DNA of 59,346 bases from contig JAOUNW010000001.1 in NCBI GenBank assembly GCA_029880755.1, forward strand, positions 1 to 59,346. The letters are read 5' to 3'. The first letter of the stretch is position 1. Each line of letters opens with the position of its first letter. This DNA comes from Gammaproteobacteria bacterium. GTDB lineage: Bacteria > Pseudomonadota > Gammaproteobacteria > Acidiferrobacterales > SZUA-150. The translations under genes and the position numbers were made by a program. Shown here piece after piece: positions 9,296 through 19,083 of the stretch. The notes beneath the pieces are model-generated. The model ran no database searches and had not been told where the DNA came from. It worked only from the letters and a program-made list of their open reading frames with translations.

Positions 9296-9326
9296 AACGC
9301 CCTGCTTTTAGCAGGGCGTTTTCGTT
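9296..9326 (+). terminator. Rho-independent terminator
   Basis: GC-rich inverted repeat aacgccctgct/agcagggcgtt followed by ttttcgtttc, directly after the stop at 9272. Confidence 0.7.
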
Positions 9327-9598
9327 TCGTGGCTCTCACCTTCCCCTTGTTGTTTAAATGACACCCGTCGGGGCATATCAGCCAACCCGCATTTAGTCTT
9401 GGGGCATTCTGGCTAGATTCTTGCTTACATTTCATTACTAAATATCGAAGTAACCACCGCTTATACCATTTTGGATTTAGTACGGAATATGCTGAGAAAG
9501 TACTGGCAGTTATTTATGTGTGGGCGCCACCCGTGTACTAGTATTTATTATGTATATTTCGCAAACCAGCTAAATCCTGAAACCGAGGCACTGGATCT

Positions 9599-10480
9599 AT
9601 GGCCAACAAAACGCATTCGCGAGCTAAAACATTCCCCGGATGCCTGCTAGTCGTATTGTGGCTGCTGGGTGCCTCCAGTGTTGTCCAGGCGAACCCTGAG
9701 AGCGGCACGCCCAAGGCTATTCGATTCGGATCCGTCGCTATGGATACCCCCGCCGCCATGGATAAGCGCCTGACACCGCTGACAGAGTACTTAAGTAGTA
9801 CCCTAAAACGACCGGTTATCTTGAAACTGTCTCCCAGCATGCCCGACGCCATACGTCAGGTGAGCGCCGGTCAGGTGGAGCTGGCCTACCTGACCCCGGT
9901 GGCCTATCTCTCCGCCCATCAATCAGGTGCCCAGTTGATTGCCAAGACGGTCACGGCAGGTAAATCGTCTTTCCGGTTAATGATAGTGGTAGCTGACGAT
10001 AGCCCTATTAAAACCGTGGCGGATCTGGAGGGAAAGAAATTTGCCTTTGGCGATAAAGCCGCGTTGTTGCAACGAGCCGTTGTGGTGGGCGCAGGCATGC
10101 CCCTGGAAAAACTGGGGCAGTATAAATTCCTCGGACATTACGACAACATAGTCAGAGGTGTATTGGTTGGCGATTACGATGCCGGCATTCTGAAAGATAC
10201 CATGGCCTACAAATGGAAGAGCGAAGGCATCAGAATACTCTATCAGTCTCCGGAGTTGCCTCCCTACAACATTAGTGCCAGTAAGAACGTGGACAAGGCG
10301 CTGCTGATGCAACTGCAAAAACTGTTTTTGGATTTGAAACTTTCCAACCCAGAGCATCTCGCGATTATCAAGGCGCTGGATAACAATTATGATGGTTTTG
10401 CACCCACCGCCGATGCTGAATACGATGTAGTTCGCGAGTTGGTCAAACCATTTCAGCAGGGAAAAGCACCTAAGGAATAA
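9599..10480 (+). CDS. Periplasmic substrate-binding protein, PhnD/phosphonate-ABC-like fold
   Basis: Signal peptide, 293 aa, and the pattern IRFG...YLTPVAY...GK.FAFGD typical of PhnD-like SBPs. No permease or ATPase is adjacent. A sensor c-di-GMP enzyme gene follows 24 nt downstream. Confidence 0.75.
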   Translation: MANKTHSRAKTFPGCLLVVLWLLGASSVVQANPESGTPKAIRFGSVAMDTPAAMDKRLTPLTEYLSSTLKRPVILKLSPSMPDAIRQVSAGQVELAYLTPVAYLSAHQSGAQLIAKTVTAGKSSFRLMIVVADDSPIKTVADLEGKKFAFGDKAALLQRAVVVGAGMPLEKLGQYKFLGHYDNIVRGVLVGDYDAGILKDTMAYKWKSEGIRILYQSPELPPYNISASKNVDKALLMQLQKLFLDLKLSNPEHLAIIKALDNNYDGFAPTADAEYDVVRELVKPFQQGKAPKE

Positions 10481-10504
10481 AGCCGAGGGGCTGGGTAAGA
10501 AGTT

Positions 10505-13315
10505 ATGAAAGAAAACAAAAACAAATCAGATAAATGGAAGCCGACGCGCCGCCTTCGTACCCAGGTCACGATGGTTTTTGTCGCTCTTACAGTCGCTACG
10601 GTGTGTGTGGTGACATTTAATGCCGCCAATCATGAATCCCAACGTATTACGGCGAACATTCTACAATCGGCCCAGGAGTTGGCGGGTAACCTGGCCACTA
10701 CCGGTGCTGATTATCTGTTGGAACGAGACTATGCCTCTATAGAAAAATTGTTATTGCGTACCGGCCGTTTCCCCGGTGTTGCCGAGATTCAGATTGCTGA
10801 CGAAACAGGCAAGATACTCGGAGATATATATCGAGGTGTCGACAATGAAATCAGTGCCCGTTACCGTCAGCCAGCACTGGTTGTGCCATCGCAACCAGAA
10901 CAATGGCAAGTTATGCAAGGTGAAAGTCTGGTTGTCTGGAGGCCTGTTGAGCTGGGACATTTAATCGGCTGGGTGCGCGTAGTTTATGACCTGAAGGTGA
11001 TTGATGAAGTTAATAAGCAAATCTGGCGCGACAGCATTTTACTTATGTTTCTATTATTGGCGACCACAGTTGCGCTCTTAATTATTATGTTGCGGCGGCC
11101 GTTACGAGCCATAGAGCAATACACGGAGTTTGCCAACAGTCTGGACAGTACTCAGGGAAAAGAAATGCCGGTGGAATCCAGTTCCATAGAGCTGAGTAAC
11201 CTGGGTAATGCCTTGAATCACGCCTCAAAACGTTTAAGCACCCAAACAGAGGCTATTGTAAAAGCCATGAACGAGTTGGAGCGGGTCGCCGCCCTGCCAG
11301 AATATAATCCTAATATGAGTATATCGTTGGATGCCAGAGGTCTGGTGACTTATTCTAATCCTAGTGCCGATAGAATGTTGAAAGAAGACGGCAACCAGGC
11401 GCAGCATATTTTTTCTTACTTGCCTGACAATATCGATGCGCTGCGAAAAGAGTGTCTCAGCGCCAACAAGTCCAAAACAGGGGTAGAGGTTAACGCCTTT
11501 GGCCGAACATTGTTATGGACCTTCGCGCCAGTGGAGGACCAGCAAGTGCTACATTGTTATGCCACAGACATAACAAAGCGCAGAAAGGCGGAACAGGCAC
11601 GCAAAGAAAGTGAAGATCAGTATCGGCTTCTGTTCGATTCGGCTAACGACGCCATATTGTTGTTAAGGAAAGGAAAGTGTATCGATTGCAATCGTATGGC
11701 CTCAATCCTGTTAGGTCTGCCGCGTGACTATATTCTTAATCAGCCGCTCACAAAATTTGCACCACCCCATCAGCCCGGAGGAAAAAACTCAGAACGCCTG
11801 TATGCGGAGCGTCTTGATGAGGCTCTTGCCGGCGAACCCCAGTCATTTGAGTGGCAATGTATAAACGCCAAGAGAAAACAATTCTATTCAGAAGTCAGTT
11901 TGAATCATTTTGAGGTAGGAGGGGAAACCTGGGTACTGGCAATCGTGCGTGATATTACCGAGCGCAAGACTGCTGAAGAGAAACTGTTGCATCAAGCCAA
12001 TTATGACTCACTCACTGAATTGCCCAATCGCATGCTGGCGCTGGATCGCCTGTCGCAGGCCGTTAAACAGGCACACCGGTTGAAACGTAACATGGCGTTA
12101 ATGTTTATTGATGTCGACCAATTTAAAAAGGTGAATGACTCGCTAGGTCATACCGCCGGCGATCAACTGCTTATTGAAGTGGGACAACGTTTGCAGGTGT
12201 GTGTTCGCGAAGGTGATACCGTTGCACGCCTTGGGGGTGATGAGTTTCTCATTATCCTGAATAATCTCAACGATGTTATTGAAGCAGAAGTTGTGGCCGA
12301 ACGCATGTTGTCCGAACTGGCCAGGCCCTACCTGCTGCAATCCCAGGAACTCTATTTAAGCGCCAGCATAGGGATTACCGGTTATCCCTACGACAGCCAC
12401 AGCCCAACAATTTTATTGCGTAATGCTGATGCTGCCATGTATCAGGCCAAGGAGTCGGGAAGGAATACGTATCGTTTTTATACACCGGAGATGAACCAGC
12501 GGGCCAAGGTCCGGCTGGAGATGGAGAGTCGTTTGCGCAAAGCTATCGAGCGCAATGAACTGTCGTTGAATTATCAGGCCCAGATCGATATCAGCCAGGA
12601 ACGCGTTATCGGCGCTGAGGCCTTGTTGCGCTGGCACAATCCAGAACTGGGTTTTGTGCCGCCTGACCAATTTATCCATTTGGCGGAAGACATCGGTCTG
12701 ATGCCGCAGATAGGTGAGTGGGTGTTGCGCCAAGCATGCCAGGACGCCCTGGTTTGGCGCCAGAAATTTCAGCTGCCATTGCGGGTGGCTGTAAACGTGT
12801 CACCAACACAATTTCGCGGTAACGCTCTGGTGGAAACTGTACGCGCTGTCATGGAAGAGTATCATTTGCCTACCGACTTGCTGGAAATTGAATTAACCGA
12901 GAGCCTGCTGGTAGAAGATGCGCCGGATACCGCCGCCACTCTGCAGGCACTAAAACAAATGGGTATCTGTCTGGCCCTTGACGACTTTGGCACAGGTTAT
13001 TCATCTCTCAGTTATCTCAAGAAGTACCCCTTTGATGTGTTAAAAATAGACCGTTCCTTTATCAATTCTGTTATGACCCACCCCGATGATGCCGCATTGT
13101 GCCAGGCTATTATCGCGATGGCCGCTAGCCTCAATCTATCGGTAGTGGGAGAGGGTGTGGAAACCGAAGACCAACTGTCGTTCCTGCGCCGCTATGGCGC
13201 CCAGATTGCCCAAGGCTACTATTACAGTAAACCCTTGCCTATGACCGAATTTGAGACCTTCCTATTGGTGTGGAATACCAAACGCCAGGGTAAACGTGTG
13301 CCCACGCTGTCCTGA
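10505..13315 (+). CDS. Membrane sensor with PAS, GGDEF and EAL domains (diguanylate cyclase/phosphodiesterase)
   Basis: Two TM segments flank a periplasmic region of about 150 aa. PAS-like segments follow, then an I-site REGD five residues before LGGDEF. The EAL domain shows EALLRW and DDFGTGYSS. Confidence 0.9.
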   Translation: MKENKNKSDKWKPTRRLRTQVTMVFVALTVATVCVVTFNAANHESQRITANILQSAQELAGNLATTGADYLLERDYASIEKLLLRTGRFPGVAEIQIADETGKILGDIYRGVDNEISARYRQPALVVPSQPEQWQVMQGESLVVWRPVELGHLIGWVRVVYDLKVIDEVNKQIWRDSILLMFLLLATTVALLIIMLRRPLRAIEQYTEFANSLDSTQGKEMPVESSSIELSNLGNALNHASKRLSTQTEAIVKAMNELERVAALPEYNPNMSISLDARGLVTYSNPSADRMLKEDGNQAQHIFSYLPDNIDALRKECLSANKSKTGVEVNAFGRTLLWTFAPVEDQQVLHCYATDITKRRKAEQARKESEDQYRLLFDSANDAILLLRKGKCIDCNRMASILLGLPRDYILNQPLTKFAPPHQPGGKNSERLYAERLDEALAGEPQSFEWQCINAKRKQFYSEVSLNHFEVGGETWVLAIVRDITERKTAEEKLLHQANYDSLTELPNRMLALDRLSQAVKQAHRLKRNMALMFIDVDQFKKVNDSLGHTAGDQLLIEVGQRLQVCVREGDTVARLGGDEFLIILNNLNDVIEAEVVAERMLSELARPYLLQSQELYLSASIGITGYPYDSHSPTILLRNADAAMYQAKESGRNTYRFYTPEMNQRAKVRLEMESRLRKAIERNELSLNYQAQIDISQERVIGAEALLRWHNPELGFVPPDQFIHLAEDIGLMPQIGEWVLRQACQDALVWRQKFQLPLRVAVNVSPTQFRGNALVETVRAVMEEYHLPTDLLEIELTESLLVEDAPDTAATLQALKQMGICLALDDFGTGYSSLSYLKKYPFDVLKIDRSFINSVMTHPDDAALCQAIIAMAASLNLSVVGEGVETEDQLSFLRRYGAQIAQGYYYSKPLPMTEFETFLLVWNTKRQGKRVPTLS

Positions 13316-13495
13316 CAACAACCTCTCAGATTGCGATGTAGTTTTATTGATCCCTATCAATGCCCGCGCCGGGGGATTGGCGTATATATAAACACAAATT
13401 AGCTAACCAAATTATTCGTTACAGGGTTCGGCTACGTTAGCCGATGGAGTGGTGACCGAGCCTATGGCCGACCCCTTGCAAAGGAGGTGATACCT

Positions 13496-14101
13496 ATGGC
13501 AAGTGTTACCGACAAAACTGCTGGCATCGAGAAAGCCAAGACCAGTGCGCCACCACCACAGGCCCGGCTAAAAAATGACGATATCCACTCGCTGCTACCC
13601 GGTCCTGAACAACAAAAGGCCGAGTTGGCTGCCTACGAGAGATTGCGCCAGGAATTCACGAATCGCCTGGCCGAGGTACGCGAAAGTATTAACCGGGAGA
13701 CTCTGAAGCAGATCGCTGACAGGGCCACCCAGGCACTCAAGGCCACCGGCAGTTACACTGCCGAGATCATGGAAAAGGCCGGGCGAACCCTGCAAAAAGA
13801 TATTGCCAGCGCTTCCATCCGGCTGGGTGAGCAATGGCATAAGTTCTCGGATAAAACCGCGGATGTCTTTGAAGTGTGGCATGACCGGGGCAACGTGTTT
13901 CTGGGGCATGCGGCAAAAGCCGTAGGCGAGTGGCTGGAGGACGTGGGTGAAAAGGGCGAACATCCCACTTACCACACGGGAGACATGGCCATGGGTGGTA
14001 CTTTTGAGTGCCGCGCCTGCGGTGAGCGCATACAGCTCAACGTGGCCGGCCACCTGCCGCCATGCCCCAGTTGCTATAAAACCAAGTTCCGGCGACTCTG
14101 A
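13496..14101 (+). CDS. Zinc-ribbon-containing protein (DUF1451-like)
   Basis: AAGGAGG lies 8 nt before the ATG at 13496. The N-terminal part is coiled-coil-like. The C-terminus carries CRACGE...CPSC. Confidence 0.65.
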   Translation: MASVTDKTAGIEKAKTSAPPPQARLKNDDIHSLLPGPEQQKAELAAYERLRQEFTNRLAEVRESINRETLKQIADRATQALKATGSYTAEIMEKAGRTLQKDIASASIRLGEQWHKFSDKTADVFEVWHDRGNVFLGHAAKAVGEWLEDVGEKGEHPTYHTGDMAMGGTFECRACGERIQLNVAGHLPPCPSCYKTKFRRL

Positions 14102-14159
14102 CGAGAGAGTTCTCCTCCTCGCAGGCTTTCCCCTTGTTATTCCATTGGAGCCTGCCAAA

Positions 14160-14192
14160 AACGGGGTGTCCCCTACGCCCCGGTTTTTTTTG
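14160..14192 (+). terminator. Rho-independent terminator
   Basis: Hairpin cgggg...ccccg followed by a run of eight T. Confidence 0.65.
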
Positions 14193-14273
14193 CCTGCATT
14201 ACGGCATTCCTTTACTTACCCAAAAACCTTCTATAATAATTCATAGAGAATAAGCTTATTGTAAGAGGAAAAT

Positions 14274-14456
14274 ATGGCCAAAATGATCTGCCAGGCTTGC
14301 AGCCAACCCACCAGCACAAACTGGGGTGAGAAGGATCGCGTGCTTTGTTCCGACTGTTATTGGTCAGCGGAGCAGAATATTTACGAACAAAAGAGCGACA
14401 ATACCAGCCAGGAAAACGCTGGCCCCACCAACACTGAAAACAACACCAGCAACTAA
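14274..14456 (+). CDS. Small CxxC...CxxC protein (60 aa), hypothetical
   Basis: AGAGGA precedes the ATG. The N-terminal 30 aa carry two CxxC pairs (CQAC, CSDC). The C-terminal half is low-complexity and N/T/S/E-rich. Confidence 0.4.
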   Translation: MAKMICQACSQPTSTNWGEKDRVLCSDCYWSAEQNIYEQKSDNTSQENAGPTNTENNTSN

Positions 14457-14646
14457 GCGTCATTCGCCTTCTTAAGGAAATCATGGCGCAACGGCGATTT
14501 TATTGCGCCCTATGAACCCATCTCCGATACGATCTCTATTATTATTTTGCTCCCCGTCGTCACCGGTAAAGGTAGTTGCCGGAATCCTTCTATGTGGCGG
14601 ATTTGCTAATAACAATCCGCCTAGCGCGCCCTATCCCGCGTATCAA

Positions 14647-15441
14647 TTAAAAATATTTGCTTAAGCCAATCGACAAAATGGTAAAAGTCTCTTTCGTGGA
14701 CATGTTCTCGCCCGTAGTTAATGCTTCGTCTTCAAATTCATACAGATTGACTTTGAATGCTACATTATAGGTTGATGATTCCGAAAAACTGTCGCTCCAG
14801 GTAATGCCCAAACTTATCCCGGAAGTTGTGCCTTCCGTTTTTGCGCTAAATGTCTTAATTGTATTTGTACCGGGGTCATATTCCGCGCCAGTAAATGATA
14901 CCTCACCATCCATATCCGCATAGGCAGCGGAATAACTCAATGCGCCGGAATCGCCAAAACGCTGGGTGTAACTGGCACCGACATAAAATCCGCTGTCCTT
15001 GAATTCAACATCCTGCGCGCGGGGAGCGTTATCTCCTGTGAAATCAGGATCAAGGACCGTGTCTAGTTTGGCATTCAGCGTTGCCAGTTTGTAACCCGCA
15101 AACACATTAAGAGAACTCGTCGCTAAAAAGCCCACGGTAAAATTGGTATCTGTGCGGCCCATATTAATAAACTGAGCCTCGTTGGCGCTAATGGTAAGTT
15201 CCTGATGGTCTTTGGTCGAGATATCATGCTCCACGCTCATATAAAAATTGTCTTTAAAGGCAGTAAAATTAAGCGAATTGGATACAAACAAGGGGCTGAA
15301 TGAAATGTTTGCTATCTCAAAATCCACGGTCTGATACTTCACGCCGGCTCCACCACTAAATCCCCAATTTTCCGCATAACTATTGCCTGCCAAGGCAAAA
15401 AGAAGTACGAAAAGAAAACATATTTTTTTATTATGTAGCAT
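14647..15441 (-). CDS. Outer-membrane beta-barrel protein
   Basis: Signal peptide, alternating hydrophobic beta-strand pattern, and a terminal aromatic residue (…LSKYF). Confidence 0.7.
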   Translation of the reverse strand: MLHNKKICFLFVLLFALAGNSYAENWGFSGGAGVKYQTVDFEIANISFSPLFVSNSLNFTAFKDNFYMSVEHDISTKDHQELTISANEAQFINMGRTDTNFTVGFLATSSLNVFAGYKLATLNAKLDTVLDPDFTGDNAPRAQDVEFKDSGFYVGASYTQRFGDSGALSYSAAYADMDGEVSFTGAEYDPGTNTIKTFSAKTEGTTSGISLGITWSDSFSESSTYNVAFKVNLYEFEDEALTTGENMSTKETFTILSIGLSKYF

Positions 15442-15827
15442 CTTATTCTCCTTTTAAATTCTGGAAATACCTATATTAATGACAATGAGGCAACGATATT
15501 ACCCGGCAAAATAGTACAGCATTCTCCAGTGACTCCCAACGTAATTATCCCTTTCCCATCTCCCAGTCAATTCACTTTAAATACCTTCTTCGTTATTTGC
15601 TGGTGGGTAAAAAAAAGGCGGGGCGGACTGTTTTTAGCAAATACACCGGACGCGCACCCATTGGATGAGGTCTGCCCAAACCGCCAACAAATACCGGCTC
15701 ATCCCTGCGAACGAGGCTGGGCTAATAGAGCGCAGCGGGAACGCAACATGAGGTAAAGCAAGTAAGTGCTGACTTGCAAGCAGGGTAATGTGTAATATGG
15801 ACAAAAAGGTAATCGTTATTCTGGTAT

Positions 15828-16850
15828 ATGAATGAAATCAATACCTGGTTAGTCGGTGGCGGTTTGGCGGTCGGCGCCATGTTTGCGATGGTGTTGCATC
15901 GATTTCGTTTTTGTCTGGTTGCGGGCGTCAGTAATTTTATGCTCATCCGAGATTCCCGTCAGATACTGGCTTTTGCGTCAGCATGGTTAGTGGCGATTGC
16001 CGGTACTCAGCTGCTGGAAATCACGGGAATTGTTGCCGTTGCTGATTCAGCCTATCGTGATCCGACGATGGATTGGTTGGGGGCGTCTATCGGCGGTTTC
16101 GTTTTTGGGCTGGGCGCCGCTTTGGCCGGTGGCTGTGCGGCACGAACACTCGTTAGAGCCATGGAGGGCAGTGCTCACTCCTTGATTGCGCTTATTTCAT
16201 TCGCGCTGGTGTCTGCCGTTACCCAATTCGGTTTCCTGGAGCCCTTTCGCGTCAAGTTGACCCAGGAGACATCCATTGCATTATTGGCGGATGCGGGTAT
16301 TGCTTCGCTTTTGTCATTACCGTCCTGGCTGGTTCTGGGGTTGGTGGTCACGGGTTTATTATTCTTTATTTACAAAATTGGCGATGGCCGTCCTGATAAA
16401 CCCCTGCTGATAGCTGGTGGCATCGTGGGTGGCCTGGTAGTTTTCAGCTGGTATATTACTGGTGTTTTGGCGCAGGACGAACTTATGGTCGAAAGACCAT
16501 CAGCAATGACCCTGTCCGGGCCGCTGGCACGCTTTGGTTATATGCTAATCTCCGGACAGTTACCGGCTTTATCTTTTACGACGTCATTTGTTATAGGTAC
16601 GGCCGTTGTTTCATTGTTGTTGGCTCTAGTGACCCGCCAATTCAGGATTACCGCGCCTGCAAAGGGCATGGCGAAAATGGCGCTGCTCGGTGGTGCATTA
16701 ATGGGCTTCGGCGCTATTACGGCATATGGGTGTAACATCGGCCAGGGGCTAAGCGGTATCTCGACGCTTTCGTTGGAATCACTCATTGCTGTGGTTTCCA
16801 TGATTGCAGGGATTTGTGTTGTGACCAGATTGATGGAAAAGTATGCCTGA
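15828..16850 (+). CDS. YeeE/YedE-family sulfur-compound (thiosulfate) transporter
   Basis: Polytopic 340-aa protein with the paired conserved Cys motifs GGCA.R and YGCNIGQG characteristic of YeeE/YedE. Confidence 0.85.
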   Translation: MNEINTWLVGGGLAVGAMFAMVLHRFRFCLVAGVSNFMLIRDSRQILAFASAWLVAIAGTQLLEITGIVAVADSAYRDPTMDWLGASIGGFVFGLGAALAGGCAARTLVRAMEGSAHSLIALISFALVSAVTQFGFLEPFRVKLTQETSIALLADAGIASLLSLPSWLVLGLVVTGLLFFIYKIGDGRPDKPLLIAGGIVGGLVVFSWYITGVLAQDELMVERPSAMTLSGPLARFGYMLISGQLPALSFTTSFVIGTAVVSLLLALVTRQFRITAPAKGMAKMALLGGALMGFGAITAYGCNIGQGLSGISTLSLESLIAVVSMIAGICVVTRLMEKYA

Positions 16851-16989
16851 TTGAAAATCTGGGTCAAATGCCGATTTCTTATAATATTGGAGTAATAAAC
16901 AGGAGATAGAAGAATTATAATCTCAATGGCGCATCTATGATGCGCCCATAAATCCCATCCAAATAGTTTAATGCTAGCATCTCGTTGTG

Positions 16990-17724
16990 TTACTCGTATT
17001 TTAACCGATTAAATGCCTCAAGGCGCCAAGGCCTTAGGGCCACAAACAGTCCAAGATTCTTTCTTTTTTTGCCAGGTTTATCACAGTCATTGCGGTGGAT
17101 GTTGGCGAACTCTTTGATCAGGGCCTCGATTTTTTGTAGCAGCAACTCCTGAGAAGCATTGGTCAACATTCCGCTGCTAAAGCTTCGGAGTTCACCAGCG
17201 TGCACAAATTCCGATGACAGAAATTCGTTGAGTGCCTTTTTTTGGAAAAATTGCTCAATGGGTCCATTGGCAAGCCAGCGAAAGTCTTCTTTTATTTTCA
17301 GCTTAATCCGGTTTCCAGGTAACAGATCGATCAGCCCTAGCTTGTCCAAACGCGCTAGGCAGCGGATTGCTTCCGCTTCGGATATGGCATACAGCGCAAG
17401 GATTTCCTGAAAACTCAAATGGTCACGCACACACGCCGCAACTAAAAGCAGCTTGATGTCTGAAACGAGTTCCTGCTCCTGGTCCCATGTTAAGTAAGAA
17501 ATTCGGTGCAGCTCTGCTTCGTGTAAATGCATCAGGTCGAGCAAATCCATGTCGATCAGTGCACAAATCTTATCTATTCGGTCTAGAGTAAAGCGACGCC
17601 TGGCGAACATATCTTTGATGTTAGCCTCACTCAGTTTGAGATGGTCGGCGATATTGGCATAGGTTACATGACGGGCTCGCAGGGCGCGCTTGAGGACATC
17701 AATAAGTACCGTGCTGGCAGCCAA
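16990..17724 (-). CDS. XRE-family helix-turn-helix transcriptional regulator with a C-terminal domain of ~170 aa
   Basis: N-terminal HTH (LKRALRARHVTYANIADHLKLSEANIKDMF). The apparent start is TTG. The gene is divergent from the secreted-protein/PLD cluster. Confidence 0.7.
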   Translation of the reverse strand: MAASTVLIDVLKRALRARHVTYANIADHLKLSEANIKDMFARRRFTLDRIDKICALIDMDLLDLMHLHEAELHRISYLTWDQEQELVSDIKLLLVAACVRDHLSFQEILALYAISEAEAIRCLARLDKLGLIDLLPGNRIKLKIKEDFRWLANGPIEQFFQKKALNEFLSSEFVHAGELRSFSSGMLTNASQELLLQKIEALIKEFANIHRNDCDKPGKKRKNLGLFVALRPWRLEAFNRLKYE

Positions 17725-17880
17725 CGCCCTTCTCCAATAATGTCGTAAAAGTACAATATCATTATACTATTAGTCGATTATTATTCAACCATTTTTATAA
17801 AAGTATACTTGAAAGCACTGTTTGGCCACACTCTCTCCTGCAACACACAAATAACTTAACTTGAAACAGGAGATATCAAT

Positions 17881-18228
17881 ATGAAAACGAAACAACTTGT
17901 ACTGACCTCAATCACCCTCGTGGCCGTTGCGATCGGCTCTCCTGCGATGGCCCAGGGTTCTCTGCAGCACTTCGGTAATTCAGCGGGTCACTCTGCACAG
18001 GCTGCCGGCGAATCCATGGTCGGCACCGCTAAATTAACCTTCGGTGTTATCGCTGTGCCTTTCAAGGCGGTCGGGGCAGTCGGCAAAGTCAGCGGCAAGG
18101 TGGGTGATGCCGCCTGGGAAGCGGCTCATGCACCGGTAGGCGAGCCCTTAACGGTAACTGATGAAAACATCACTGCGGGCCCATCCCCTGACCAGATGTT
18201 TCAGAAGCAGGGAGGTAATGAAATATGA
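17881..18228 (+). CDS. Small secreted protein, hypothetical
   Basis: GGAGA precedes the ATG. Signal peptide ending AMAQG. The stop overlaps the next gene's start (ATGA). Confidence 0.55.
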   Translation: MKTKQLVLTSITLVAVAIGSPAMAQGSLQHFGNSAGHSAQAAGESMVGTAKLTFGVIAVPFKAVGAVGKVSGKVGDAAWEAAHAPVGEPLTVTDENITAGPSPDQMFQKQGGNEI

Positions 18229-19013
18229 TTAATCGGCCTCGTAATCTGCTTCTAACCTTCTTTGTTATTTTCTTGTCGGTTACCTGCAGTGCGAACAGCA
18301 GCCAGGCAAACCCTGAACCGCAATTCGATACTGCTGAGATCACCAGTTTTGCCAAGAAGGTAGAGAAGGAAATTGCCAAACGGGGCGCAAAAGTAGCAAT
18401 CGTTGGGCGGGTCGGAAGGCCCGCCAGCGAGCTCCCGAAAGGGTTTCGCTACACGCATACCGGTTTTGGCGTCTATTCAATAATCACCACCCAAGATGGC
18501 AATGTAGTACCCGGCTATACGATGTATAACTTGTACCAGAAGAATGACAAGCTCAATGAAAGCAGTTTGGTGCAGGACTTCCCAATTGATTTTTTTACCG
18601 GGGTATTTGAATTGAAGGCAGGTGTTGTAATTCCTACCCCGGAAATGCAGCAACGATTGTTGGAGGTCATCGCATCGGACACCTATAAGAAGCTGCATAA
18701 TGCATCCTATTCAGCCGTTGCCAATCCGTTCAATACAAGGTACCAGAATTGCACGGAGCACACCCTGGACGTCATTAATGCAGCGATCTATCAGACGGAT
18801 GATATTGCGGTTATCAAGGCCAATAATAAAAAATATTTTGAACCACAGACGGTTAATGTCGGCCCCTTCAAAATGTTTCTCGGCGCCATGATGAACGAGG
18901 ATATTTCGCTATCTGATCAGGGCGGGAAGGTGAAGACAGCAACCTATACTACAATTGCCAATTACCTGGAGAAGTACGGATTGGTACAGGAAAAATTTGT
19001 AGTTAACCCGTAA
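18225..19013 (+). CDS. Secreted hypothetical protein (possibly DUF2145-like, not verifiable here)
   Basis: Signal peptide, 262 aa, translationally coupled to the upstream small gene. Confidence 0.6.
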   Translation: MINRPRNLLLTFFVIFLSVTCSANSSQANPEPQFDTAEITSFAKKVEKEIAKRGAKVAIVGRVGRPASELPKGFRYTHTGFGVYSIITTQDGNVVPGYTMYNLYQKNDKLNESSLVQDFPIDFFTGVFELKAGVVIPTPEMQQRLLEVIASDTYKKLHNASYSAVANPFNTRYQNCTEHTLDVINAAIYQTDDIAVIKANNKKYFEPQTVNVGPFKMFLGAMMNEDISLSDQGGKVKTATYTTIANYLEKYGLVQEKFVVNP

Positions 19014-19035
19014 TAGGGTTGGTGGTAATATTTGG

Positions 19036-19070
19036 GCGGATACATCTTAATGGATGTATCCGCTTTTTTA
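19036..19070 (+). terminator. Rho-independent terminator
   Basis: Perfect 11-bp stem gcggatacatc/gatgtatccgc followed by tttttt. Confidence 0.7.
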
Positions 19071-19083
19071 ATGCCGAAAAAGA

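Noticed and set aside
13595-14158. 187-aa antisense ORF opposite the zinc-ribbon protein gene
   Set aside because: It is a shadow ORF. The plus-strand gene has a strong RBS and a CxxC...CxxC ribbon.
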